The position numbers and the translations under genes are program-made. This document shows, piece by piece, positions 1-12,314 of a stretch of 64,000 nucleotides of DNA; position 1 is the first letter of the stretch, and each line of letters opens with the position of its first letter. The DNA comes from Halocafeteria seosinensis (lineage: Eukaryota), in the NCBI GenBank assembly GCA_001687465.1, contig LVLI01000117.1, forward strand, positions 1 to 64,000, read 5' to 3'. The notes under the pieces are model-generated. The model worked only from the letters and a program-made list of their open reading frames with translations. It ran no database searches and had not been told where the DNA came from.

Positions 1-65
<65 letters not shown>
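1..65. repeat. Compound microsatellite (CA)n(TA)n, truncated by the window start
   Basis: CA repeat 1-46 followed directly by TA repeat 47-65. Confidence 0.98.
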
Positions 66-384
66 TCCGAAGACGCGACGCCTCCATACAATGCGACTTC
101 CACAATGATCATTCTACGTGCAACGCAAACGTAAAGAGCAAGGGGATACAACTCGGAAAGAGGACAGAGTGTCCATAGGAAGAACGAAGAGCTTAATGTT
201 GCGATTGTTAGACATGCTACAGGATACTCTAAGTTCCAATTTTCACAAGTGCTGGGAAGCAGAATCGGCGGATACCATGTATCCAGTCTGACCACATCTT
301 ACAGAGTATGACGTACTAGGGTGGCCAACTCCCGTTGGCGCGTGGTAGAGAATCCCCAGGTTTTACACTTCTTCCTCATATGAA

Positions 385-2321
385 TCAGATGCTGAGCGAC
401 CGGGCAGAGAATCCCCAAACTGCAGCTATAACGACGAAGGATACAACAAAGCTTCCGACGCATCGTACTTCGAGGTACTTGGGACGGGCAACTCCGGTGT
501 ATTCAAAGAACGCATTCGTTGAGGGGAATCCGAGCACCGCCGACTGCAAACCCCATCCCATAGCGAATTTCCGCTCTCTGTAAGCAATTACCCCAATTGC
601 AACACCCTGAATGATGTGCGCAGCAATCGCTGCAAGGAAGATTGCGAGTAGCAGTAGGCGTATGCTGACATGTGCAGCAAAACCGTTGTAAACGACAAAT
701 TGAAAGCCAGAGCCTGGAGAGAGCTGAGAACTAACTAGCGAAAGTGTACTGGTGAGTAGACCGAGAGTGTCAAAGCCCAAAAAAGCTGTCAGGAGCGTTC
801 CACCAACCACTCCGACCCACCATGCCCAATGAGGGTGCTGGACTGTACCATCGAAACCAATTCTGCGGTAGTACTGTATAAAATAAAGCATTGCTTCAGT
901 TGGCTTGATTATATGTTCGTATCCAATTTCGCGGCGAGCAGCCTCGCTGGAGCAGTAGTTGTCGACCGTAGCTTTGTGAAAATCGGGAATGCTCATCAAG
1001 GGTTCAGCTTTGATTACAGGTTGTAGGAGTTTGTAGATAAGTTGCGTCATTAAAATGAACGGCAAAACTAGAAAATCCGGAATCGAGAGAGTGGGAGGAG
1101 CCGTTGCTAGACGTAAGTTTTTCCACTTCTTGGGGTCAGACAATTCTCCTTCCGTAGCAGGTTGCGCCTTTGAGGTAAGATACTGCACGTAGTAAGGATA
1201 CGGAAAGTTGAGACCCTTCAGTAAGGGCGAAAAGAATTCCACGGTTGCACATGGCCATTCGTCGGTTACAAAAAACGCTCTTCCATTTACTCTTCTCCTC
1301 TTACTGTCGTCTCGCAGTGTTTCCAAACCACATATGAAGGCGTGCGCCAAATTATCTCGGTGAGTAAAGTCCATTGCGCCTCTTCCAAAGGCTGCAATAG
1401 TTCCACCCAACCTTGCAACTTTCAGGATCTTGGGAGTGTGATGCATTTCACCCGGGGCCCAAATCCCTGAACGAATACAAAAGGAACCCGAGATTAGTGA
1501 CACTCCTTGACAAGAAGGGGCAAGCAAGTTTTCTTACCGTTAGGCCGAATGGATAGCGTATGAAAGTTATCTGTAGTCTCATCGCGAACACTGAGTTCGG
1601 CGAAAGCTTTGGACTTCGAATACGCGTCATTCCATCTCGTAGGCATCTCACGGCTCTCATCCACTTCTTGTAAATTGTTCTTCCCATCAAATACTACACC
1701 GGTAGATGAACAGTACAGGAATCGCCTCACCCCAAATGTCTTCGCAAAGTGAATGAGAGACGTAGTGGTATTCACGTTCGCTTTTATCAACTCGTTCTCG
1801 GAGTACATGCGAGTATGGTTATAAGGGACCAACGCCGCAAAATGAAAAATCGCCTCGATAGTTCCCACAAGCTCCCTCTCCAGCAAATGTTGGATTTGTT
1901 TGCTATCAGCCAAATCACACTGCAGCGGAAAGCCACGGTTCCACTCCAGGAGCGTCAGCATATGGCGGGAACCAGAACTACTCACCTGGACAAATTCGAC
2001 GTTCGTGGGAGGTAAGGGCATGCTATGCAAACAAATTCCAGCCTTGAAATTGGAACTCTGCTTCCTCGTCTTCGGTGACGTCAGCGCAAGGTACTCCTCC
2101 GAGTGTTTCAAGATCTCCTCGTGCTGCGCAATCTCTTCAGGGTATCGTACATCCGTCGCAATGATTTTAGCGCCGGGATACTGTTCCCAAAGGGACCAAA
2201 CCATCCCAGAGCCTCCACAGCCGAAACATCCGGTCACTAGAAACACTGCATCCGGTTCTAACGGGATTGGAGCCGGAGAGCTCCGGCTCCGGCTACTGCG
2301 TCGACGCTGTGGCGACGACAT
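385..2321 (-). CDS. 3-beta-hydroxysteroid dehydrogenase-type extended SDR with C-terminal membrane domain (SDR42E1/NSDHL-like), 3 exons
   Basis: Rossmann TGCFGCGG, FHFAA, YCSSTGV, catalytic YSKSK, spliced RPNG|IWAPGE. C-terminal hydrophobic AH..QG...GWGLQSAVLGFPS segment. Introns 1920-1985 and ~1467-1537. Confidence 0.85.
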
Positions 2322-2594
2322 ATATGCACATAAGAAAGGTTTACACCCAAAAAAGATAGAAAATTTTCAACTAAAACTAAACGCATTGATTACCTAGGTT
2401 ACACGGACAATTCTAACGTATGTGTCAACACTGCTGCTCGCATTCCACCTCGCCCAAAGCTGACTCAGCGAGTGAAAACTGGGTAACAGTGTCATGTGAC
2501 ATACATATAAATGTGTGTATACCTACGTAGTTTTGTATTTAATTTCGGAACAGCCAAATTGCAGGTGGTCCTGAAGTATACAATTGGATGCACC

Positions 2595-5500
2595 TTAAAG
2601 TGCTTCAACGCTAGCGGAAGATGGTTTTTCAGCTTTTCTGGCTCGCTTGCCTCCTTTACCTGTAGCTGATCGTTGCTCCTCCTCTTCCTGGTCAACTTCT
2701 CCATCAGCTTCATTCCGAAGGCTTAGCTGACCCTTATCTTGACTGTGACCATGCGTGACAGTCCTCGTTACTGTAGAAACGCCGTTGACAAACTTCGTCC
2801 TGAAAACAACGTTCGCGTTCCCAAACATTCCTTGCTTTAGGGAAACTATAATGAACTGACTGTTCTTGAAATGAGACCGCAGCATCTTTCCAATATTCTG
2901 GGTATGGCTTGGGTCCAATGCAGCATCAATCTCATCCAATATATACATGGGCGCTGGTTTAAATAGTAGTAATGCGAGAATCAAGGACAGCGCCAACAAG
3001 CTCCGCTGGCCTCCAGACAATTCACTGAGTGATTCCTTCCACACGGTCCCAAAGGCTACCTTGACCTCGAGCCCGTCTAGTACAGTTTGCCCTTCCGGTG
3101 GATCCAGACGAGCAGTGGCTCCCGGTAAGACAGTTGAGTACATAGACCCGAAGTCGCGGTTCACTTTTTCCCAAGTGGTCTTGAGAGCTTCTTTCTTCTT
3201 TTCATCTAGTTCATCAATCACTTTCTCTATTTTTGCCTTATCATTTTCAATGATCTTCCTCTTATTCATGAGATCTTTGTACTCCTGCTCGGCGGTTTCA
3301 ATCATTCCAAGTACCTTCTTATTCACTTGCTTACCCAATTGCTCTTGTTCACGCTCCAGCTTCTTCAGTTTCTTGGACGCCTCCTTGGGGTCGATTGCAT
3401 CGAAGTCATAGTCGGACGCTGGTTTGCCAAAGTACTTTTTGTCGTTTGCTATCCATTCATGCTTCTGTTCTAACTGCTGAACTTTCTTCCTTGCGGCATT
3501 AACTTCAGAGTCATGCTTGTTGGCTTTATGCTGAGCTCTTTTCAACTCGTTTTCTGCTTCTTGCTTCCTCCCTTCAATTTCATCCTTTTCCGCGACAAGT
3601 TGCTTCAAGGACGCATCCGCCTCGGACATAGCCTCGCGCTGTTTATCGAGGTCGTATTTGATGTCTTCGTACTTCTCATTGGCTGTATCTGCATCCTTTC
3701 GTAATTTTTCTTCTTCTTGCTCAAGCTTCTCCTTAGATTGCTTTGCTTGTTCAAGAGTGTCCTCGGCAGACTTGACATCCTTTTCCGCTTGTTCGAGCTC
3801 AAGACGAAGTTCATCAATCTTATCCTTCAACTTCTGCGCCGCTTCTTGCGAACGAGATGCATTCTTCTTCGCTGTTTCTATTTCTTTTTCGAGTCGTTTG
3901 ATAACATCGTCCCGATTTTCAGTACTTTCGTTAACCCGTTTCTGAAGTTTGGCAGCTTTGTCGCTGGCCTCCTTCTCGCGCTTCCTTGCATCTTCCAACT
4001 GACTCTCCGTTTCTTCTTTTTGCTGGTGGAGATCTTTGACCTTCTGTTGAGCGACACCATGACTGCTTGTCTCAACTCGTTGCTGAGCTAGCGCCAAATT
4101 ATGCTTAGCTAGATCCAATTTGTCTTCAGCGTCATCCACCGCCTTCTTCTGTTGTTGTAAGTCTTGGAGTTTGCCTTCAATTCCTTCCAGCTCTTCGGAC
4201 AGCTTTGCTTTTTGAGAACTCAGTTCATTGATTCTCTGTAACTTCAAGAGTGTAGAGGTGCCGTTGGTGTCTCTCCCCGAACCACCTTCCAGCGTCCCCG
4301 CAGGATCGAATGTGTCACCCGCTAGTGTCACACAAGGGGCCTTTATATTTGGATCAAACGCCACTTTCTTAGCAGTCTCGAGGTCATCACAGACGAAGTG
4401 CTTGCCAAACGTATAGCTCATCGCTTTAGCCACATTCTTGTCATAGTTAATGAGAGACAATGCAGGACGCGCTTTATTGCCAGCGATCTCCTTTGCCTTC
4501 TTAATTTGCTGGTCGCTTAGAGACGATGCCACGACCTTGTTGAGGGGAATAACTGTGGTTCGGCGTTTGAGATTACCGTGCTTCAACAAAGCTTCACCGG
4601 TTTTCTCGCTGTCTACAACGACCTGGAACAATTTTCCTCCTGCGACTACTTCGAGAGCAGTGGCTGCGTTGGAATCTTCGACACTGAGAAGCCGCGCAAC
4701 TAAACCTTTAACGTTGGAATTCGAGAACCCCCGGGGCATGTTAGAGTCATCGTAGCTAAAGTGAAATCGACCACCCAAAGCCTGATCCTTCGAAGTTATA
4801 TCGTGAGAAAACTTTTCAATTTGCCTACCCAACTTTTCTTTGTGCTCCTTCAAGTCTCTTGCAGAAGATTCATCATAAGTCTGTTTTGCCTGTTCAAGTT
4901 CTTTCTCAGCATCTTCTACTTCCTTCTCTGCCCGGCGAACAGATTCCAAGAGATCCTTACCATCTTTTTCTCCTTGTTTTTCGGAGTACTTGGCTTCTTT
5001 TAGCTGTTTCTCAAGCTGCTTAACCTTTTGCTCTGCGTTAGAGGCTTCAGCTGCTGCTGCGGAGGCTGTCTTCTTGGCCGTCATCAGCTGTCCTTGAAGT
5101 GTTGAATTTCCATCCTCATCCTCAGAACCACCAACCCCGGCTGTTACCGCCTGATATTGAGTCTGAAGATCTTTCAACTCTTTTTCGGCATCTTCGGCCT
5201 CCTTGAGTTGACTTTGAGCACTGCGTTCTTGCTCCTCCAATTGTTGACGGAGAGATTCGGCATTCTTCTTATTTTCTTCAACTGCAGATATCCATGGAAT
5301 AACCGCAGACAAGTAGAATCAAAGAGCATGTTTTGTTTTAGTACGACCACAGGCGATGCTTACGTTGAGCTTCGTGTCGTTGGTACGTTTTCTTCTCATC
5401 TTCCAATGCACGCTTCTTGTTCTCCCAAGTAGTCTTGGCCTTGACAACCTCTACCGAAGATTTTTCCTCGTTTTTCACGGCTTCGTTGAACTCCGCACTC

Positions 5501-6539
5501 ATGTTCTTTTCCTTTTGATTCTCTAGTTCTTTCATTTCTTTCTCCTTTCTTGAGACTTCGTTTGTATAATCCTTCACTTTCTCCTGTAGATTTTCGGTAT
5601 CGCGTTTTAGCTGTTCCATGGTTTCAACGCTTTGATCAGCCATCTTCTGGGCCTCAACATATTCGTAAGCAACGCAAAATCGATAGAGTCGTTCAATTTC
5701 TTCACCATTTGATGACCATTTAAGATATTGACTTCTTTCCTTCCTTAGCTTTTCCAACGTAGGAGTGATATCCTCGGCGAGAATCTGGAACAGTGGAGAG
5801 CCTTGTTAGTGAGCAAAGGTAATAAATATGGGGAGATAAGACTTACTCGATTGATCTCTTCAACTTTACTCTGCTTTTTCTCAATGGTTTTGAGGGCTGC
5901 TTGCTTCTTATTTTCGAACATTCGCGTTCCAGCGGCTTCCTCGATCATGGATAGGATCTCCGGGGGCTTCATGTTGAGGACCTTTGTTATTCTCCCTTGC
6001 ATAATCAAAAAGTGCGGATTGTTCACGTTGAGCTGAACTGAATGAAAGAGATTTTGAACCCTAGAAACAGTAGCAGCATGGCCGTTGATGAGGTACTTGC
6101 TGCGGCCGCCAATGACAACCTGCGCTCAGAGTCGGGACAAGAAAGTTCAACGAGGAGACGTTGCTTCCCATTTCGTACGCTCTTCACTCCCATGGGGACG
6201 AGCAAGTGTGGCTGCACATACCTGTCTAGTGATAGTAATTTTCTCATACTGTTCGTATCCTACAGGACTGTTGGCTGTATCCATGTTGTTGAAGACTAAA
6301 GTCACGGAGGCCTTCGTCACGCCGGCTTGTCCCTTTTTGTATACCAATTCTTGTAGAGATCCCACACGAACTTGAGACAAGTTCGTTATTCCCAGAACGA
6401 AGCAGATACCATCGAGAACATTGCTTTTTCCTGAACCATTGAGCCCTGTGATGGCATTAAACTGCGAATCGAAGCCCGAAATAACGGTTCGACGCGCGTA
6501 GCTTTTAAAGCCATCAAGCACGACTTCCTCGAGATACAT
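2595..6539 (-). CDS. SMC2: Condensin SMC subunit SMC2, 4 exons
   Basis: Walker [20 protein letters not shown], hinge ([11 protein letters not shown]...GTLEGG), signature LSGGQRS, Walker [12 protein letters not shown]. Introns 6120-6221, 5785-5846 and 5282-5363 splice in frame. Confidence 0.97.
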
Positions 6540-6827
6540 TGTAAGATTGCAGGTTGTTTGCCTTGGGTTTATTCCTTCTACTTTCCACGCATCCAATGGT
6601 TGTAACTGTATCGGGAATCCACTGCATCAAACAACCCTTGTAAAGATTTCGCAATTAGTGACTTCACAACAGCTCCACGGCCGTTAAGCCCGTGTTCAAA
6701 CAACAAAAAGGGTTTTCCCGGGGAGTCCGGCGGCATCGTGCCACCGGCACTGGGTGACCAGTCTGGGTCTTAGCGGGCCGCACTTGCAGGAAGTGAACAA
6801 CGGTCACAATGATGGTATGTATACACT

Positions 6828-7127
6828 CAATAATTGATTTTCGCTTTCAATCCGTATAATACGGCGTATATGTACCTTGAGTTACTATCAGTGAAATCGT
6901 TCCTCAGGTGCTGCTGCTGATCGCCATAACTGCCCAATTTAATGTGCCGACAACAATGGTGTCCCCAAGAAGAGCGCCTAGATAGCTTGTCAGGTAGACA
7001 AGTTGTTGCATGGGCATCATGTAAGGCCATGGCAGACCCAATGATCGACTTTCGCTTCAATCCGCATATGTTTCCTCAGTTACTCTCAGCGAAATCGTGC
7101 TTTCAACTGCAACTGATAGAAATAACT
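6828..7127. repeat. Degenerate tandem duplication, two ~90-100 bp cores about 200 bp apart, each with a terminal stem
   Basis: caataattgattttcgctttcaatccg...gttactatcagtgaaatcgt...ctgat..ataact (6828-6931) vs caatgatcgactttcgcttcaatccg...gttactctcagcgaaatcgt...ctgat..ataact (7039-7127). Confidence 0.75.
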
Positions 7128-7925
7128 CATGTGGCCACGTCCTCGTGGTGACTACTAGTACCCTCGAGCTTACGGGAAGCAAGAACTACTGAGACAAACG
7201 TGTGCATGGCCCGCAAACTGAGGATACATGTAAGCTTTCCAGATGAGCAGCGGTGAGTTATTGGAATAATTTTCCGCCTCAATGTCGTCATCGTCGACCA
7301 CATGCAACCACTGTGGCACGTTCCCAGTCTGCATACCCAGCAACTCGCTCCCAATACGAGACAGTCTACTTCAAGGTTCCGTCCAGTAGAAATCGATCGT
7401 ATGGATCGAGTGCTCCCTCACGAGTGTCTTTGGCTTCTTGTCAGAGCAGCAGTACCATTGATACCATCGGCGTTGCCCATTGTGCCAGGAAGTCAAAACA
7501 ATGTGCATTCACACACAGCAACTGCTGCAGCGACTTTGGCTCAATGCTCCTCAAAGAAAAAGACAATACCACAGGTGAACAACACGGTTGTGCAGAAGTG
7601 GACAATTGATGGTCCCCAACTGTGGCCGGATCACTTGAGTCACCCATGCGGCATGCCGTAACAAGTTGCTACTACCCTGTAACTACAGTAACGGTTTATT
7701 GCAGTTTGAGCGTCGATGTGAGACTCACTGTGGGTATGACACTACGAGAACACGCTCGAAAAAGTTCTCAATTTCCATGAAAATACTCTTTTGTCTGCAC
7801 TTCAGGTGGGGTACGAACTGTCGATACGGTACAAAGCACCCAAGAATATATACAGGGGATGTGCGTGTGTATTTATCCTACGAAAAAGAGTGCATGGCTT
7901 CAGCCTTTTGATTGAGCGAAGAGTT

Positions 7926-10515
7926 TCACGCGTTTTGGATTATTCCCAGGATAAATACATATAACATGGCTGCGAGAGCTACGATGATCATTGTTGGTAC
8001 AGCAATTGAGAAGGTGCTAAATCGTCGAGTCCAAGCACTGTCAAGTATAGCCTCTACAACATCAGCTTCATCACTCTCTGGAGGAAGAATACCAGAGCGG
8101 ATTGTCCTTTGAAACCTCATCTTGTCTTGGAACGCCGATTCACGTTGGTCAGCGTCCAACAAAGACGCCTTTTCTTCATTCTCCTTTCCTTTTCTCAAGC
8201 TAGGCCTGACTCTAGAGCTTTCCTGCCATGTATAGCTCTCTTTGCTCTCTGGTAGCGTCACTTTCAAGTCCGCCTCTATGGGAGACGCTCCCTTCAGAGA
8301 TGCTAGCTCTTTGACTAGGTATTCTGCCGCGATATATGGGTTCTGACTTTGGATTCCAGCTTCATCTTTTCCAAACGGGTAACGCATCATCCCAACGAGG
8401 CTGTTCCAAAAGAGTCGTCTTGTACTAATTGGCATGTGTTCCTTGCCAGACGGGTAGACGGAAACTCCGTTCTGTTGTAAGATCTTTTTCCCGAGCTGAA
8501 CGCAGAAAATTGTGCTTTGCACATGCAATAGCACGGGAATAAGTAGCGCTATTGCTACACCAATAACACCTGTGAATTGCAAAATCGTATCTAAATTGTG
8601 CATAAAACACGCTGCAATTATAGGAGGTATAGCTGCACACAGCCTGTAAAATATCTTCCAGTAATCGAACCGCGAGTTTAAAGGCTTTGTCTCTTCTCCT
8701 CGACAAACGCTGATCAGATTATTCCCGAGGGTGATGGCATTCAAAGGGTAAGCTGAAAGAACATCCAGTGCTGGAAAAATAAGAATGATGATTGCTGCTA
8801 CTTCAGCCGCGATGCTTTTCTGGAGAGCAAAACCCATATTTAAGGAAGGCATTAGTAGCATTTTCCCACTGCGGTACTTACATCCAAATGATACGGTGGA
8901 CCTGACGAATTCGCCTTTTTGCAGCCAACGTAATCAGACCAATTTAAGTTTACCTGGAGACAAGCCGGCTATATCAGGTCACCGGTATCCCATATCAAGC
9001 TTTGGACCACAACTTACTTGTGACTTTGTTTCTTTCCCGAAGTACAGAGGTAACGATACGCCCAGAAATACATAAAACGTCCCCATAAGAACGAACGCCG
9101 CCAAGAATATCTTTTTCAAGATAGACTTGTCTCTCACGGGCTCCGCCAGGACAGGTATAGAGTGATGGTAGATCTGAGCATATAGAGCAACCGGAATTAT
9201 CAACGAGAGCCCATCAGCACTAGCCAGAGGAACAGACGAGGTTACTGTAAGACAAACCAACAAGCATGATGAATCTTCAACGACACGGTTACACGCTGTC
9301 CAACTTACCTCTGCCATTCGGTATGTTGTTGAAAGCAACATGCTCACACGTCATTGCGCCGTATACCGTTCCACAGAGAAGGAAAATTACAACTACTCTA
9401 GCCAGAAACATTCCGACTTGGAGGATAACCTGATCCTTCAGTTCACAACATGCCAGTGGGACTGCTATTAGTGCGTAGACCGCCAGCCAGATGATCAAAT
9501 TCGCGGTACACGCTGGGTCACCGGAATCCTCAACGTTGCATGTTCCATTCCAAAGAGGAACGTTAGCACTGCGTCAACTCAGAATAAGACAGATACAGCA
9601 TAGTTCCATATCGGAATAATGACTTCTTACCTCAAGCTTGTCGAAAACACAGAGGCGTACGACCATAGAGCACCGTACATGTAGAGCGAAAACGTAACTA
9701 TATACATACTCCTTGACGTATTTCCCGCAAAGAACGCACAGAGGTCGGGCATTTCGAATTTATGCCACTTGCCTGTTATGATATCTAATACTCTGCTAGA
9801 GTTACGTAAGCCAAAAGAAGTATCGTTTTTAACGTTTGGACTGGAGAATGAAGTCGAAGAAACTAGTTCCTCACTGGGATCCTCGTTATAACCCACTGCC
9901 TCGATCGTTGTCTTCCTTCTCGAATCATCTGGCTCGCGCTCTGTTGAAATTCTTCTCTCAGCTTTCTTGAATTGCCCCCTATCAAAAAAGGGGATTACTT
10001 CTTCTATAGCTTCAAGAAGGTGTTCGTGTTGCCAAACTGATGATGCTCGGTTCTGCACTCTCAAATAGTGAATCAAGAGCGGCGTTAACTCTGGCAAAAA
10101 GCCAAAAACGTACCATCACCTCGACAATTAAGTCTTTGGTCAAGTTACACAACACAGAAGTCAAAACCACGAAGGCCAGTCCTAAAACGAGTCCGCTTCG
10201 ATAAAAGGCATCTGGCGAAGCGGCAAAACAATAACCCACAGGTCAGTCAGAACTAGAACAAAGCAAGGACAACTTCCAACAACACGTACTCGGAATCCCA
10301 AGGAATCCAGCACCTAAGCAATAGTCTACTGTCATGCCCATGGCGACAAAGAAGCCGAATTGATGCTCATCATTACCAGACTTGTTCTCCTCCTGTTCTC
10401 CTTCCGCTCCCGCGGTTTTCTTTCGGTCCTCATTTCCGTCTTTCTCCTCGTGTAGCACAGAGAAGGAGCTACGATCTTTGTCTCCTCCTCTCCAAGAACC
10501 TACTGCGGCAGCCAT
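7926..10515 (-). CDS. Amino acid transporter family protein (TMEM104-like), multi-exon
   Basis: TVDYCLGAGFLGIP, FEMPDLC..F, YMYGALWSYASVF, YHHSIPVLAEPV, FPALDVLSAYPLNAITLGNNL; many TM segments spread over consecutive minus-strand ORFs. Confidence 0.85.
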
Positions 10516-11031
10516 AATGACGGGAAATGAAGCACTATACGGTCTGGCAACCCCAAAAAACCCTTCCGGAGGAACCTCAGCTCGGCTGCGGTGGAGTTTT
10601 ATATATAAACTACACACAATCCCATCCTACCATGGACGCCAATCTAATTAAGGAACAAATTGTGTATTCACGGCTGACTTGATCTATCAAAATCGTTTTG
10701 AATAGGTCGTATCTCGGGCCAACAGCATCCAAAGGTTGCCTTGTGAAGTTAAAGGTTACCTCCAGTTAGAGAGGGATACACTTTAGGCTCCACAACTCGT
10801 CGCTGAGACAACTTCATGAGGATATGTCGGCAAATCGCATATTCTAAAGAAATAAGTGAAAATAACGGCTCAAAAGTGGTGGAAATTCACTCGTTGAACG
10901 CATAGTCAATGCTCATGCCCTTTATGTCGTCGTCCGAGGCTTGGTTGGTTGACACTTAGGGGACATATTGTATCTGGAGCATTCTCTCCGTACATTCAAT
11001 CGCACAACGTTGTACCGATGTGATACATTCA

Positions 11032-12023
11032 TCAAGAATGGTCGAGCTGTAGAGCACGGCGACATTCTTCACGATTTGTCATTTCTGCCGGTGTTTTATG
11101 TTCCTGGGTACAATATATATGCCAGCATCGTAGATAATTGCAGTCGATTTCGTATGGAAGGAGATGATTTAACCGTAGCTTACCTTGTTCCTAGCGTTTT
11201 TATCCACTCGAGGGTCGTCCACAAGTAGCTCTAATACTTTACTATTTGCTTTGCGTGCCGCCACGTGAAGGGGTGTATCATGGAAGTCCTGCAGCTCATA
11301 AAACCGGTAATTTCTAAGGCAGGATTCGTTCTTTTAGTCAATGATGGAATACTTACATTGCTCTTTATCATCGGGTCACAGCTTTCATGTGCTAAGAGCA
11401 TTTGTACTATGTTATCATGTCCGTTAGCCGCAGCGAAATGTAATGGAGTCCATCCTCTCTGCAACGTTGTCGTTTCCAGTCCTGGCTTGCATACATACGC
11501 TTACCCTCGAGCTGCATACTGCCATAGCCATACCTTATTCTTAACATTAATCATCGCATTGTATCGGTTCAGGAGTAGCTCTACACACTCCCTCTGTCCG
11601 AGAAAACATGCTCGATGGAGAGCAGTATCTCCAAGCTGCAAGGCATTCACGTTCGTCAAGGTGATTCAATATGTGCCCCGCACGCTTCTTTGTTACCTCG
11701 CTTGTGCTATTCACAGGCACATTGTAATTGTCTATGAGGATCGGTATGAGCTCACTGTATCCATCCAAAACAGCGCGGTGGAGCAGGGTATAGCCTAACT
11801 GTATTGGCAGCAGACGTTCAACATGATTATACAGCCACTACAGAGACATAAAGTTACAATCGTTACCTACCCCATCGATGAGCGATGCTGGGTCCTTTTC
11901 AACAGCCACTGGTTCGTTTCCTTCCTTGATTAAACAGTCGTATAAGCTAGAAAGACTGGGCTTGGCAGGTTCCATCGCTGCCAGGATCCTCTCATGAAGA
12001 GGCTTCGATGTCCGGGGAGGCAT
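11032..12023 (-). CDS. Small ankyrin-repeat protein, multi-exon
   Basis: LLHRAVLDG, GDTALHRAC, GWTPLHFAAANGH and DTPLHVAA repeats, one per exon; last exon EHKTPAEMT...LDHS*. Confidence 0.85.
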
Positions 12024-12314
12024 TTCTGGCAGAATGTGCTGACCATTTACAGATAAAAATGAATGCTATCAGTATGTCATGTGGTATTGTATCAATACAC
12101 TATGTGCGACAGTAAATGTCAGCGGGCACTTCGCCAACTAAGAAGTTTCTCCGACGTTTCAACTACAGTAGGGGCGTATAAGTTCCGTGACTTAGTTCAT
12201 CCACATTAACCTATTGATTCCTCTTCAGTGTTAGCATCGCAAAACGAGGAGAGAGAAATCGACGGTTTAGTTTTGTTTCCCTCGTCTTCGGGAGAAACCA
12301 ATTGATGTTCGATG

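Noticed and set aside
1..65. Terminal repeat as a possible telomere
   Set aside because: Simple CA/TA dinucleotide microsatellite, not a telomeric repeat unit.
2459..2469. GCTGACTCAGC AP-1-like palindrome upstream of the SDR gene
   Set aside because: One short motif is expected by chance in 64 kb.
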